Shown here: positions 24,043-36,124 of the stretch, piece by piece | Layout of the letters: each line of letters opens with the position of its first letter | Numbering within the stretch: the first letter of the stretch is position 1 | DNA from: Malacoraja senta | Taxonomy: Eukaryota | Direction of reading: 5' to 3' | DNA: 64,000 nucleotides | Assembly: GCA_038087875.1 (NCBI GenBank) | Contig: JAXLNO010004831.1 | Span: 1-64,000 of the forward strand | Made by a program: the position numbers and the translations under genes | The notes under the pieces: generated by a model | What the model was told of the DNA's origin: nothing | Seen by the model: only the letters and a program-made list of their open reading frames with translations | The model's database searches: none

Positions 24043-24825
24043 CTATATTAATAATAATCCATATAATTTATTAGCCAAGTATGTATACATACAAGAACTT
24101 GCCTTGATGCTTTGCTTGCAAGGATAAAAACATGATATACAGTAGACAATTAAAAATAAAACATTATAATTTAAACATGTGGAAATAAAGTACCAGAGTA
24201 AAAAGAGGCTACACACTTTTGGCTGTTGAGTCGAGCTACTGCTCGTGGAAAAATACTGTTTTTATGTCTGGCTGTGGCCCAGACAAAATCTTTCCTATAC
24301 AGGACAAAGCAAGTCATCAGGGTGCAGGAGCAGAGGCAGCACGGTGATGCAGAGTAGAGCTACGGCCTTACAGCGCCAGAGACCCGGGTTCAATCCTGAC
24401 TACCGGTGTAAGAGTGATCGTTGGTCTGCACGAACTTGGTGGGCCGAAGGGCGTGTTTCCACACTGTACCTCCAAACTAAAAATGACGTTGACCTGTTTC
24501 ACACAGCAACCGACGAAGCCCCCCTCCCCAGGTCTACTGCTACTCCACTCATGGCTGGAAACACACAGCATCAGCATTATACTGCTCACAGCTCAGCCAC
24601 AGGCAAACCTGCTGCCGTGCCACACCACAGGGGCATCTTGATGCATCTGCAGATACTGTGGCCGACAACATCAACACCAAAACATTTGTGGCGTGATGAC
24701 ACTGATATGACGCCGGCAGTCACCGAAAAAATTGCCAAGTGGGACAGGCCCTTAAATGAGTTATTTATCTCTATCGTTGTGAGCAGTTGATGCAGTCTGG
24801 AAACTGCCGCAGCGCAGCTCTGCAC

Positions 24826-24869
24826 CTTTCCAGAGCAGATTCCATTTCCTTCACCTTCTGCAACAACAT
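24826..24869 (-). pseudogene. SUN pseudogene 44-bp exon (MLLQKVKEMESALER)
   Basis: Acceptor TTCCTAG, weak donor GTGCAG; its phase-2 end joins the 24042 exon in frame. Confidence 0.6.
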
Positions 24870-25464
24870 CTAGGAATATAAATTAAAAACAAAGTTTATT
24901 TTCAAGTTGGGAGGCTTTTTAATTCTACTCGCAGCTAGTTATTTCACAACATACACGTCAAATTTACAAATATGTAATGCAGAAAAGTCACTTTTCCATA
25001 CTTCATATTTCCTTATGACATAGGCCATTTCAGACCATCAAATCAATGCCAGCTCTCAGAGAATCCCACTCCTTCACAAATTCTCCTTGAAACTAGTTCC
25101 TCACAAATTCCCATCAATTGCCTGCAGAATCCACCATTCAATTGAAAGCAAACGTCACTGAACTGTAGCAGCTTAACACCCAGCGGATGGGAAATGCAGG
25201 GAATTCTCTGCCCAAGTGGCTACGGAGACCAGACTTGAGACCAGTTCAACACCGAGATGACTGGCCTTAATATTACGGAATTGAGAGTATGGCCTTAAAT
25301 GGTGCCGAGATAAATGGTCTGACTGAAGGGCAGAGCAGCTGAGGGGCAGCATGGTGGAAACAGAGGCCCAGGTTCGATCCCGACTACGGGTGCTATCTGT
25401 ACGGTGTTTGTACATTCTCCCCGTGACCTACGTGGACATTCTCCAGGTGCTCCGGCTTTGGTAT

Positions 25465-25765
25465 GAAAACGCTAAAGCCGCCTTTGGTTTGAAAAAGCTA
25501 AAGCCGCCTTTGGTTTGAAAACAGCTAAAGCTGTCTTTGGTTTGAAAACGCTAAAGCAGTCTCGTTTGAAAACGCTAATGCTGCCTATGGTTTGAAAACG
25601 CTAAAGTTGCCTAAGGTTTGAAAACGGTATGTAGACAAAAGTGCTGGAGAAACTCAGCGGGTGCAGCAGCATCTATGGAGCGAAGAAAATGGGCAACGTT
25701 TCAAAACACTATCGTTGCCTAAGGTTTGAAAACGCTAAAGTTGCCTTTGGTTTCGAAACGCTAAA
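25465..25765. repeat. ~26-bp minisatellite (GAAAACGCTAAAGCTGCCTTTGGTTT), resumes at ~27220-27255
   Basis: About 8 copies; interrupted by a Penelope terminal fragment (~25630-25705) and by the L1 at 25768-27220. Confidence 0.85.
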
Positions 25766-25767
25766 CC

Positions 25768-27220
25768 CTTTTCTATTACTGGGCGACTAATATCAAAAAC
25801 TTAATCTACTGGATGGATGACACATGCCAACAGGTAAACTGGTTAAAAATGGAGAGGGAAGATTGTTTGCCTTTTAATATAGGCGCAATTCTTCTTTCTC
25901 CAACACATCTGAATAAATCAATGTATGAGCAAAATCCGATAATACACAGTAGCCTACGCATTTGGAAACAGTTGAAATCAAACCTCAAACTGAGAAATTT
26001 CTCTCTCCTTTTACCAATCGCTAATAAACCCTTGTTTAAACCGTCTACTTTAGATAAGGCGTTTGCACAATGGATAAACTCAGGAATTAAAACGGTGGGA
26101 GATCTTTACGAGAAGGGGATTTTCCTCTCGTTTCAAGAATTACAGGAGAAATATCACTTGAAAGCAAGTAATTCTTTCAGATATCTTCAAATCCGAGACT
26201 ATGTGAAAACATATACTCAAGACTGTCACTCTATGGGTCCAGATTTACTAGATGACTGCATGAATAGACATGTTGATACAAGCAAGTTAATATCCTACAT
26301 TTACAATACTCTTTTAACTGCATACATCCCATCTTCTGAGAGGGATAGGCGAACATGGGAAGACAAATTGGGTTTATTAATTTCAAAAGATAGCTGGGAG
26401 GAAAGCCTTCTATACATACACTACTGCTCTCTCAATGTTCGGCACACCCTGATACAATTTAAAATACTGCATAGACTCTACTATTCAAAGACCAAATTAA
26501 ACAAGATCTTCCCAAATGTCTCTCCTATTTGTGATAAATGTCTCCTCCAAACAGCGACTATAACCCATTCATTTGCCTCCTGTATAAAGTTACAAAACTT
26601 CTGGAGGGGAATATTTGATATCTTCTCCAAAATACTTAACATTAAATTGGAACCAGATATAAAACGGATCACTTTAGGTATGTCAGATGCCTGCTCTAAA
26701 TTAACGATATTCCAAAGACGTTTCCTCAACTATGGCCTAATAACGGCGAAAAAATTAATATTCAAATTCTGGAAACAGATAACAGTCCCTACAGTGAAGA
26801 TGTGGATTACTGATAAGTCCGATACATTACATTTGGAAAATATTAGGCTTGTCTTGGCGGGGAAAGCAGATCAATTTCTTAAGACATGGTTCCCTTTTAC
26901 TGAATTTCTGCAACAACAGAATGGTTAAACACAAATTTAAACCTGATGCCAGGGATAGGTGAGGGGGAAGGTATATTTCCATCTTTTTTTTCTTATTTCT
27001 TTTCTTTTCTCTTGCACTTCTTTGGTAGCTTAGGGGTCTATTTTCTAGCTTGTTCTTATTTTACTTCTCTTTCATCATTCTTTTCTTTTTTCTCTCTTTT
27101 TTTTCGATTTAGGTTCTAACGTTAAAAATGAAGCTATACAATAATTGTATAAGTGTTATGTCGATTGCCTTATCCTTGTACAATCGCTTCTAATAAAAGA
27201 AATTCAAAAATAAAAAAACC
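25768..27220 (+). mobile_element. 5'-truncated L1-clade LINE; 371-aa open ORF2 C-terminal fragment (25813-26928)
   Basis: WLKMEREDC...QFKILHRLYYSKTKL...CDKC...HSF..C; T-rich 3'UTR and A-rich tail; paralogous to the copies at 14925 and 38535. Confidence 0.88.
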
Positions 27221-27261
27221 CGCTAAAGCTGCTTTTGGTTTCAAAACGCTAAAGTCAATAG

Positions 27262-28195
27262 CCAATAGACAAGAGACAATAGGTGCAGGAGTATGCCATT
27301 TGGCCCTTCGAGCCAGCACTGCCATTCTATATGATCATGGCTGATCATCCCCAATCAGTACCCCGTTCCTGCCTTCTCCCCATATCCCTTGACTCCGCTA
27401 TTTTTAAGAGCCCTATCTACCTCTCTCTTGAAAGCATCCAGAGAAACTGCCTCCACCGCCCTCTGAGTCAGAGAATTCCACAGGCTCACCGCTCTCTGTG
27501 AGAAAAAGTGTTTCCTCGTCTCCGTTCAAATGGCTAACTCCTTATTCTTAAACTGTGGCTTCTGGACTCCCCCAACATCGGGAACATGTTTCCTGCCTCT
27601 AGCGTGTCCAAGCCCTTAACAATCTTATATGTTTCAATGAGATCCCCTCTCATGCTTCTAAACTCCAGAGTGTACAAGCCCAGCTGCTCCATTCTCTCAG
27701 CATATGACAGTCCCGCCATCCCAGGAATTAACCTTGTAAACCAACGCTGCACTCCCTCACTAGCAAGAATGTCCTTCCTCAAATTAAGGGACCAAAACTG
27801 CACACAATATTCCAGGTATGGTCTCACTAGGGCTCTGTACAACTGCAGAAGGACCTCTTTGCTCCTATATTCGATTCCTCTTGTTATAAAGGCCAACATG
27901 CCATTTGCTTTCTTCACTGCCTGCTGTACCTGCATACATACTTTCATAGACTGATGTACAAGGACCCCCAGATCCCGTTGTACTTCCTTTTCCCAACTTG
28001 ACGCCATTTAGATAGTTATCTGCTTTCCTGTTTTGCTACCAAAGTGGGTAACCTCACATTTATCCACATTAAACCTCATCTGCCACGCATCTGCCCACTC
28101 CCCCAACCTGTCCAAGTCACCCTGCATTCTCATAGCATCCTCCTCACAGTTCACACTGCCACCCATCTTTGTGTCATCTGCAAATTTGCTAATGT
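27262..28195 (-). mobile_element. CR1 LINE 3' fragment
   Basis: ORF 27534-28007: RDLGVLVHQSMKV..QVQQAVKKANGML...LVRPYLEYCVQFWS...RGDLIETYKI, followed by a CR1 3' tail. Confidence 0.92.
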
Positions 28196-29209
28196 TAGAA
28201 ACATAGAAACATAGAAATTAGGTACAGGAGGAGGCCATTCGGCCCTTCGAGCCAGCACCACCATTCATTGTGATCATGTCCCCTATCAATAACCCGTGCC
28301 TGCCTTCTCCCCATATCCCTTGACTCCACTAGCCCCTAGAGCTCTATCTAACTCTCTCTTAAATCCATCTAGTGACTTGGTCTCCACTGCCCTCTGTGGC
28401 AGGGAATTCCACAAATTCACAACTCTCTGGGTGAAAACTTTTTTCTCACCTCAGTCTTAAATGACCTTCCCTTTATTCTAAGACTGTGGCCCCTGGTTCT
28501 GGACTCGCCCAACATTGGGAATATTTTTCCTGCATCTTGCTTGTCCAGTCTTTATATAATTTTATATGTTTCTATAAGATTCCCCCTCATCATTCTAAAC
28601 TCTAGTGAATACAAGCCTAGTCTTTTCAATCTTTCCTCATATGACAATCCCACCATCCCAGGGATCAATCTCTTGAACCTACGCTGCACTGCCTCAATCA
28701 CAAGGATGTCCTTCCTCAAATTAGGAGACCAAAACTGTACACAATACTCCAGATGTGGTCTCACCAGAGCCCTATACAACTGCAGAAGAACCTCTCTACT
28801 CCTATACTGAAATCCTCTTGTTATGAAGGCCAACATTCCATTAGTTTTCTTCACTGCCTGCTGTACCTGTAAGCCAACTTTCAGTGACCGGTGTACAAGG
28901 ACGCCCAGGTCTCGCTGCACCTCCCCCTTACCTAACCTAACCCCATTGAGATAATAATCTGCCCCCTTGTTTTTGCTGCCAAAGTGGATAACCTCACATT
29001 TATCTATATTATACTGCATCTGCCATGCATCTGCCCACTCACTCAACCTGTCCAGGTCAACCTGCAACCTCCTAACATCCTCTTCGCAGTTCACACTGCC
29101 ACCCAGCTATGTGTCATCCGCAAACTTGCTAGTGTTGCTCCTAATTCCCTCTTCCAAATCATTAATATATATGGTAAACAATTGTGGCCCCAACACCGAG
29201 CCTTGCGGC

Positions 29210-32200
29210 CAGTGGCGGACTGGCCAGGGTGTCAGCTTGCCCGATGGCAAGTGGGCCCCTGATGAAGTCCCCCCCCCTATATCAAATAAAAATGCAATAA
29301 ACAAACAAACACAGACAACTGTTTTAGTAATAAAAATGAATAAGATGTATCTGGCAGCTAGGATTACACTGAAAGTTTAATTTTTTTAAATATCCACGGT
29401 ATCAACAGGGATGAACTACTTTTGAGTTAAAATTAGTCACAAAAATTTACATTCATTCAATCTCACAGGACTTATCTTATAATAATTACTTACAATATTC
29501 TCTGATTTTACCGCTCCAGTGTGATTTTTAATTCTTTGAAAAGGTTCTCCTAATAGTTAAAAGACACCAAATAATAATATACTCCCAAAAAATTTCGGTT
29601 GGCAAGTGAGAAAATGTTGTATCAAAGATTTGTCCGTATTTTTGTCACACACACTTGAAAAGCCTCAGCCTGCCCCCCCTCTTATTGAAGAGATTGTTTT
29701 AATTTTGAGTTTTTGTATATGTATAAAAGATCATTGTTGCATATAACTTCTTGTTGCATCATTCACCAGGCGGCCAGACGTGGCATGGCTCCTTTACCAT
29801 TCTTTTTATATAGTTTTTCAAGTTTCGTAAAAAAAAATTATCGGTAAACAATATCCAAATTCAGCTACATGAGAGTTCAAATTTAGATATTAGAAAAGCA
29901 TAATTGTTACACCAGGGTAGGCTCCAGTTATCCGTAGTAATTATCTGGTTATCAGTGACTGCATTGAAAATATTATATGAAAAGTTAATGAAGCCTGTTC
30001 TTCAGCATATGTGCTTAAACATAAGTTATTGTTAAAGCTATGTGAGAGGTATTATCAATATTCAGGATTTTTTCATATACATATTCTTGTGAATCATTGT
30101 TCTCAGTGATGAACATTAAGTAACGTAACAGTAGTAGCCTTACAGATGGAACTAGTAGTGCTTGCATATCTCTCAAGGTTAACAAATATAAACCGGATAT
30201 AAAATATTTGTCATCAGCAATGCAGCAGAAGTCTCATTGATGCTAAATGTATAAAATGTCCACAATTATTATTGGGTATGTGCTTATAGGTATTATCTGT
30301 GAGCGACTACTTTCAGTTGTGCCAAGTAATGATGGTACAGGCCAGGGACTTTTTGATCTATTGATTGAAACATTACAGCATCTTAATATTGACCCCCAAA
30401 AATGTTTATCTCATAGCACAGATGGCGCTGCAAGCTACTATGGCCAGTATAATGGTTTACAAAGTAAAATTGCTGATGTGGCTGATCAACATGTTCATAT
30501 ACAATACAATACAATACAATACGGTTTTATTCGTCACATTGCACATAAAGTGCAAGTGAAATGGTGCTATGCCCATGTCTTGAATTTGGTGATAACTGAA
30601 ACAACTAAATGTTGTGAGCCTGCAGTTTCTTTTTTCAATTTGCTCCAGAATAGACCAACTTTTGTGAAAGCATCATACAAGAGAATGGCTGTATGGATAG
30701 AAGTTGTTGGAAAACATCTAGGACAAGAAAAAATGAAACGATTAAAGCTAATTGGTGAGACCAGATGGTCAGGAAAATCTAATGCAGCAACAACTATATT
30801 TGGAAGTTTTGATGATGCCGCTGCCAGTACTTTTGTAAATCTATTGACATGATTATCAATGATACAAGATTCAGAAAAGTTTGATGCAAAAACAAAACAT
30901 GAAGCAACTGTTTTACTTCAAAGTCTTCTAAAGTTTGAAACCATATTGACAGCATTTCTTTACTTGTATATATTTGAAACTACAACCCCGTTATCAAGTT
31001 ATCTAGACAAGTGGTTTAGATATGTTTACTGCATGGAGTTTGGTAGATTCAGCTAAAACAAAGTTGAAAGAACAGACAAGAACATTTAATAACGTTCACA
31101 GCAAGGCTTTGGAATTTGTAAATAAATGTAATGACAGGATTTCACAGATGAATATGGATGAAAATCAAACATTGGAAATTGATGCGTTGGAAACAGCATT
31201 GCCAGTTAAGAGGCAGAGGAAGAAGAAAAGAATGGCAGATGAGCTTATTGATGATGAAAGAAATTCCTCAGATTCTCTAGCTGATTTTCCAGTAAATATG
31301 TTTAACCCAATAATGGATCGCATTGTCCAGTCACTAGAATCACGCTTTATACAACACAAACAGTTGTATAAAGATTTGTCCTGCTTGGACCCAGCAAAGT
31401 TTAAAACTATTGCAGAGAAGGGCCTTGAAGATGAAGCATTGGAAGGTATTATTAAGCTGTTTCCACAAATCGGCAAAGATCAAGTAATATTGGAATTGTT
31501 TTCTTTTGCTTCAAACGTTGATGTATTAAAGCTATTGCTTAATGATGGTGAGAATATGGATTCCAGTTGCAACAATTGTACAATTTGCAGCACTTGCCCA
31601 TCGTGTGTACTATAAATTCTGGCATCCAACAGACTTCATGACAAGGCATATGATAACCTTTATCAACTTTATAAAGTCATCTGCACACTATCAGTTACTC
31701 AAGTCCAATGTGAGAGGACATTTTCAAAGCTAAAGATCATAAAGACAAGGTTAAGAAATTCGCTGAGGAGAATTTGGAATCATACATGTTACTAACCATT
31801 GAAAAGGAATTGTTAGATGAATTGGATGCAGAAGCAATTATTGGCAGATTCGCACAATCATCTAGCGAACACAAACGATTGCTCTTAATATAGTGGATTG
31901 CATGCAATGCTCTATTGTGCTTTTGAACTATCTGTTAATGTGTAAATTGTGCAGTAAACTATTTAAAAATATCAACCAATTATTTAAAATTAAAAAAAAA
32001 AATCAATTATAACGTTCTGTATGTACATTCGGTATCTACTGCCAGTAATATGTACAGTACATGTACACTGTAATTACTAAGAACCATTTTTTTTCACAAA
32101 TATTTTAAATTGTACCCTTTTCTCCATATGTATTTTTTGAAAATTTTATTTATTCGTTATGAAAATTAAATGATAGCATTGTAGTTGTGGGTGGGCCCCC

Positions 32201-32244
32201 TTTGTCTCCTGGCAACCAATATTTTTAGACCCAGTCCGCCACTG
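29210..32244 (+). mobile_element. hAT DNA transposon with decayed transposase
   Basis: Perfect 14-bp TIRs CAGTGGCGGACTGG / CCAGTCCGCCACTG; 8-bp TSD CTTGCGGC (29202-29209, 32245-32252); STDGAASYYG, WCYAHVLNL, ETRW and VTQVQCERTFSKLK hAT motifs in broken ORFs 30247-31890. Confidence 0.95.
30502..30561 (-). mobile_element. 60-bp LINE 3'-tail insertion with (TATTG)n end inside the hAT transposase
   Basis: Reverse complement TTTCACTTGCACTTTATGTGCAATGTGACGAATAAAACCGTATTGTATTGTATTG resembles the tails at ~40735-40781 and ~53190-53250; it splits HVHI|WCYAH. Confidence 0.75.
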
Positions 32245-32994
32245 CTTGCGGCACTGCACTCGCCACTTCCTGCCATTCTGAAAAGGACCCGTTCACTCCT
32301 ACTCTTTGCTTCCGGTCTGCCAACCAATTTTCTATCCATGTCAACACCGTACCCCCGATACCATGTGCTCTAATTTTTGTCACCAGTGTCCCGTGTGGGA
32401 CCTTATCAAATGCTTTCTGAAAGTCTAGATGCACTACATCCACTGGCACCCCTTCATCCATTTTACTTGTCACATCCTCAAAAAATTCCAGAAGATTAGT
32501 CAAGCATGATTTCCCTTTCATAAATCCATGTTGACTTGGACTAATCCTTTTACTGCTATCCAAATGCCCCATTATTACCTCTTTAATAATTGACTCCAGC
32601 ATCTTTCCCACCACCGAAGTCAGGCTAACTGGTCTGTAATTCCCCGTTTTCTCTCTCGCTCCTTTCTTGAAAAGTGGGATAACATTAGCTATCCTCCAAT
32701 CCTGAATCTATTGAACATTGGAAAATGATCACCAATGCATCCACTATTTCTAGAGCCACCTTCCTGAGGACCCTGGGATGCAGACCATCAGGTCCAGGGG
32801 ATTTATCATCCTTCAGTCCCATTAGCTTACCCAATACTATTTCTCGCCTAATGAAAATTTCTTTCAGTTCCTCTACCCCCTTAGATCCTCTGTCCTCCAG
32901 TACATCTGGGAGATTGTTTGTGTCTTCCTTAGTGAAGACAGATCCGAAGTACCTATTCAACTCTTCTGCCATTTCCTTGTTGCCTAGAATTTAG

Positions 32995-34320
32995 GAGATT
33001 GAGAGGGGATCTTATAGAAACGTACACAATTCTTATGGGGTTGGACAGGCTAGATGCAGGAAGATTGTTCCCGATGTTGGGGAAGTCCAGGACAAGGGGT
33101 CACAGCTTAAGGATAAGGGGGAAATCCTTTAAGACCGAGATGAGGAAAAACTTTTTCACACAGAGAGTGGTGAATCTCTGGAACTCTCTGCCACAGAGGG
33201 TAGTTGAGGCCAGTTCATTGGCTATATTTAAGAGGGAGTTAGATGTGGCCCTTGTGGCTAAAGGGATCAGGGGGTATGGAGAGAAGGCAGGTACGGGATA
33301 CTGAGTTGGATGATCAGCCATGATCATATTGAATGGCGGTGCAGGCTCGAAGGGCCGAATGGCCTACTCCTGCACCTATTTTCTATGTATCTATGTATAA
33401 TAATTTCACCCGTGTCTGCCTTCAAGGGACCCACATTTGACTTTGCTACTGTTTTTCCCTTAACATCTTTAAGCTTCTTTACTCAATACTCTGACTGATG
33501 AAGGACAAAGTGCCAAAATACTTTTGACCACCTGATATACCAGCGACTCAACCTTCAAGGAACCATGCAACCATCAACCATTCCTCTGCCCACCTGGCTA
33601 ATTGATCGAGTTCCTGCTGCAATCTTTCACAACCATCTTCACTATTTGCAAATCCACTCACTTCTGTATCATCAGCAAACTTGCTAATCTTGCCCTGTTC
33701 TGTGACGTTTCACAGAGTGCTGGAGTAACTCAGCGGGCCAGGCTGAGTACAGAAGTTGGGAGGTCATGTTGCAGTTGTATAAGAAGTTGATGAGGCCGCA
33801 TTCAGAGTATTATATTCAGTTCTGGTCACCATGTAATAGGAAAGATGTCATCAAATTGGAAAGGGTACAGTGAAGATTTATGAGGATGTTGCCTCAGGAC
33901 TAGAGGGCCAGAGCTATAGGGAGAGGTTGAGTAGGCTGGGACTCTATTTCATGGAGCTCAGGAGGATGAGGGATGATCTAATAGAGGTGTATAAAATCAT
34001 GATTTGAATAGATATGGTTGAGTCTTTTGCGCAGAGTAGGTGAATCGGGGAGCAGAAGACATAAGTTCAAGGTGAAGGGCAAAAGATTTAATAGGAATCT
34101 GACGGATATATTTTTCACACAAAGGGTGGTAGGTGTATGGAACAAGCTGCCAGAGGAGGTACAGGCAGGGACTATAGCAAAATTTAAGAAACACTTAGAC
34201 AGGTATATGGATAGGACAGGTTCGGAGGGATATGGATCAAATGTGGACAGGAGGGACTAGTGTAGATGGGACATGCTGGGCCGAAGGGCCTGTTTCCATA
34301 CTATATCACTCTATGACTAT
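32995..34320 (+). mobile_element. CR1 LINE 3' fragments (two copies)
   Basis: RGDLIETYTIL...TRGHSLRIRG...FFTQRVVNLWNSLP (32999-33304); second copy ~33765-34320. Confidence 0.85.
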
Positions 34321-34810
34321 CTATCTTTCCCTCAAACCCATTCTCCTGCCTTCTCCCCATTACCTCTGACAACCGTATCAATGAAGAATCTATCAATCTC
34401 CTCCTGAAAAGTGTCCATTGACGACCTCCACAGCTGTCTGTGGCAATGAATTTCACAGTTCACCACCCTCTGACTTAAGAAATTCCTGCTCATCTCCTTC
34501 CTAAAGGAATGTATTTTAATTCTGAGGCTGTGGCCACAGGTCCTACTCTCCCACTAGTGGAAACATCCTCTCCACATCCACTCCATCCAGGTTTTTACCA
34601 GGCTGGGACAGACGGCAACAGCTTCACACCGTGTCCCAAAGCTTGTGTCCTGTCCTGCTTCACCCAGGCAGCAGAGACGTTATAGGAGAGGGCAAGTACC
34701 GTCACAAAGTAGCTCACGATGGTTTGGGTAACATTCAGGAATGTCTATGCTTGTCACATCATGAATATTACTGAAGAAGGGTCTTGACCCGAAATATAAT
34801 CTATACATTT

Positions 34811-35188
34811 TCTCCAGAGATGCTGCCTGACCCAGTGAGTTACTCCAGCACTCTGTGACATGTCACTATCCATGTTCTCCACAGATGCTGCCTGACCCGC
34901 TGAGTTACTCCAGCACTCTGTGACATGCCACCTAACCATGTTCTCCACAGATGCTGCCTGACCCAGAGTTACTCCAGCACTGTGTGACATGTCACCTATC
35001 CATGTTCTCCACAGTTGCTGCCTGATCCGCTGAGTTACTCCAGCACTCTGTGAAACGTCACCTATCCATGTTCTCCACAGATGCTGCCTGACCCGCTGAG
35101 TTACTCCAGCACTCTGTGAAACGTCACCTATCCATGTTCTCCACAGTTGCTGCCTGACCCGCTGAGTTACTCCAGCACTTTGTGTCTA
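34811..35188 (+). repeat. ~66-bp tandem array (~6 copies) derived from the Penelope terminal repeat
   Basis: Unit GATGCTGCCTGACCCGCTGAGTTACTCCAGCACTCTGTGAAACGTCACCTATCCATGTTCTCCACA; preceded by CTGAAGAAGGGTCTTGACCCGAAA at ~34771. Confidence 0.88.
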
Positions 35189-35589
35189 TTTTCCCTTCAT
35201 CCATCTGCCCAAGCCCATTCTCCCCTCTCCTTTCCTATGTTCCTTTCCACCCATAAACCTATCTCTACCTTTACATTTCACTCCTCTTTCAAATCTGCTC
35301 TACTTATCTACATGCATTTTTCTTCTTAACTTTTTAGTCATAGAATGATACAGTGTGGAAACAGGCCCTTCAGCCCAACTTGCCCACACCAACCAACATG
35401 TCCCATCTACACTAGTCCCACTCACATGCGTTTGGCCCATATCCATGTAAACCTCTCCTATCCATGTACGTGTCCAAATGTCTCTTAAACATTAGGATAG
35501 TCCCAGCCTTAACTACCTCCTCTGGCAGCTTGTTCCGTACACCCACCACCCTTTGTGTGCAAAAGCTACCTCTAAGATTCCTGTTAATT

Positions 35590-35826
35590 TCTGAAATATT
35601 GGTCATGAATTTGATGCGAAAATGCTCCAAAATAAGGCTCAGAATGCATCAGAGAGCATCTAAAACCCCTGAGCTTCCAGGGCCCTTAAGCGGGCCCTGG
35701 ACCCTGGCATCGAGGGACTTCACGCTTCACGCTCGTGATGTGCACAGCGCGCACATTATTTCACATTACAATCTTTTTGTGATCCTGTCATGCCACCCCC
35801 CTTTTTGAAAAGCTTCGTACGGGCCT
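35590..35826. mobile_element. Probable hAT-type MITE end fragment
   Basis: Terminates ...CTTCGTACGGGCCTG (CAGG-type terminus on the minus strand); internal palindrome CCAGGGCCC-TTAAGC-GGGCCCTGG; the matching end was not found. Confidence 0.35.
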
Positions 35827-36124
35827 GAGTTAGGAAGGCATGTTGGTGCTTTACATGTCATCAGCCACTGCGTAGCACTGGGAGATGGTACTGGTGAGTA
35901 CAGTTTAGTCCTGGCACAGCAGTGTGTACTGATAGGGACAGATCTATCACTGCATAACAGAGAATGCTGGAGAAACTCAAGAGGTCAGGCAGCATCTGTG
36001 GAGGGAATGGACAGACAACGTTTTTAGTTGGGACTATTCTTCACACTGATTGTAGTATGGGGGGAGAAAGCTGGAAAAGAAAGCTGCCGTCCAAAAAAGA
36101 AAACTTGAATAAGCCCTTGATATA

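Larger units (their letters stand above)
5303..24869 (-). pseudogene. Non-processed SUN-domain (SUN1/SUN2-family, LINC complex) pseudogene, 8 exons identified; 5' exons not located
   Basis: Spliced translation MLLQKVKEMESALER|LTDEQKQLL...SMTD|KETALL...LEALLAGLEKKIL...GFIK|EVKSIVEQALKLYSADRVGLVDYALESAG|GSVIHTRCTETLETKTALLTLFGFPLW*QSHSPRAVIQ|PEVHPGNCWPFKGSQG...SAPQD*SVY|GLDDENQAEGILLGPYTYNEEGDSIQTFEVQ|NNDAAVYKFTELRVNNNWGHPEYTCLYR(fs)FRVHGEPVM*. Splice phases match at every junction; two TAA codons and one frameshift. Confidence 0.9.
28196..32985 (-). mobile_element. CR1 LINE RT region interrupted by the hAT insertion at 29210-32244
   Basis: QHGFMKGKSCLTNLLEFFE...LDFQKAFDKVPH (32225-32614) continues as [18 protein letters not shown]...KFADDT (left of 29210) and ORF 28552-29094. 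Confidence 0.92.

Noticed and set aside
25173-25415. Minus-strand ORF as the next upstream SUN exon
   Set aside because: It begins in a SINE fragment, shows no SUN-like or coiled-coil character and lacks a convincing phase-0 donor.
25465-25765. CRISPR-like appearance of short repeats (also 34811-35188 and 9641-10020)
   Set aside because: Units are directly tandem with no unique spacers, there are no cas genes, and the context is eukaryotic.
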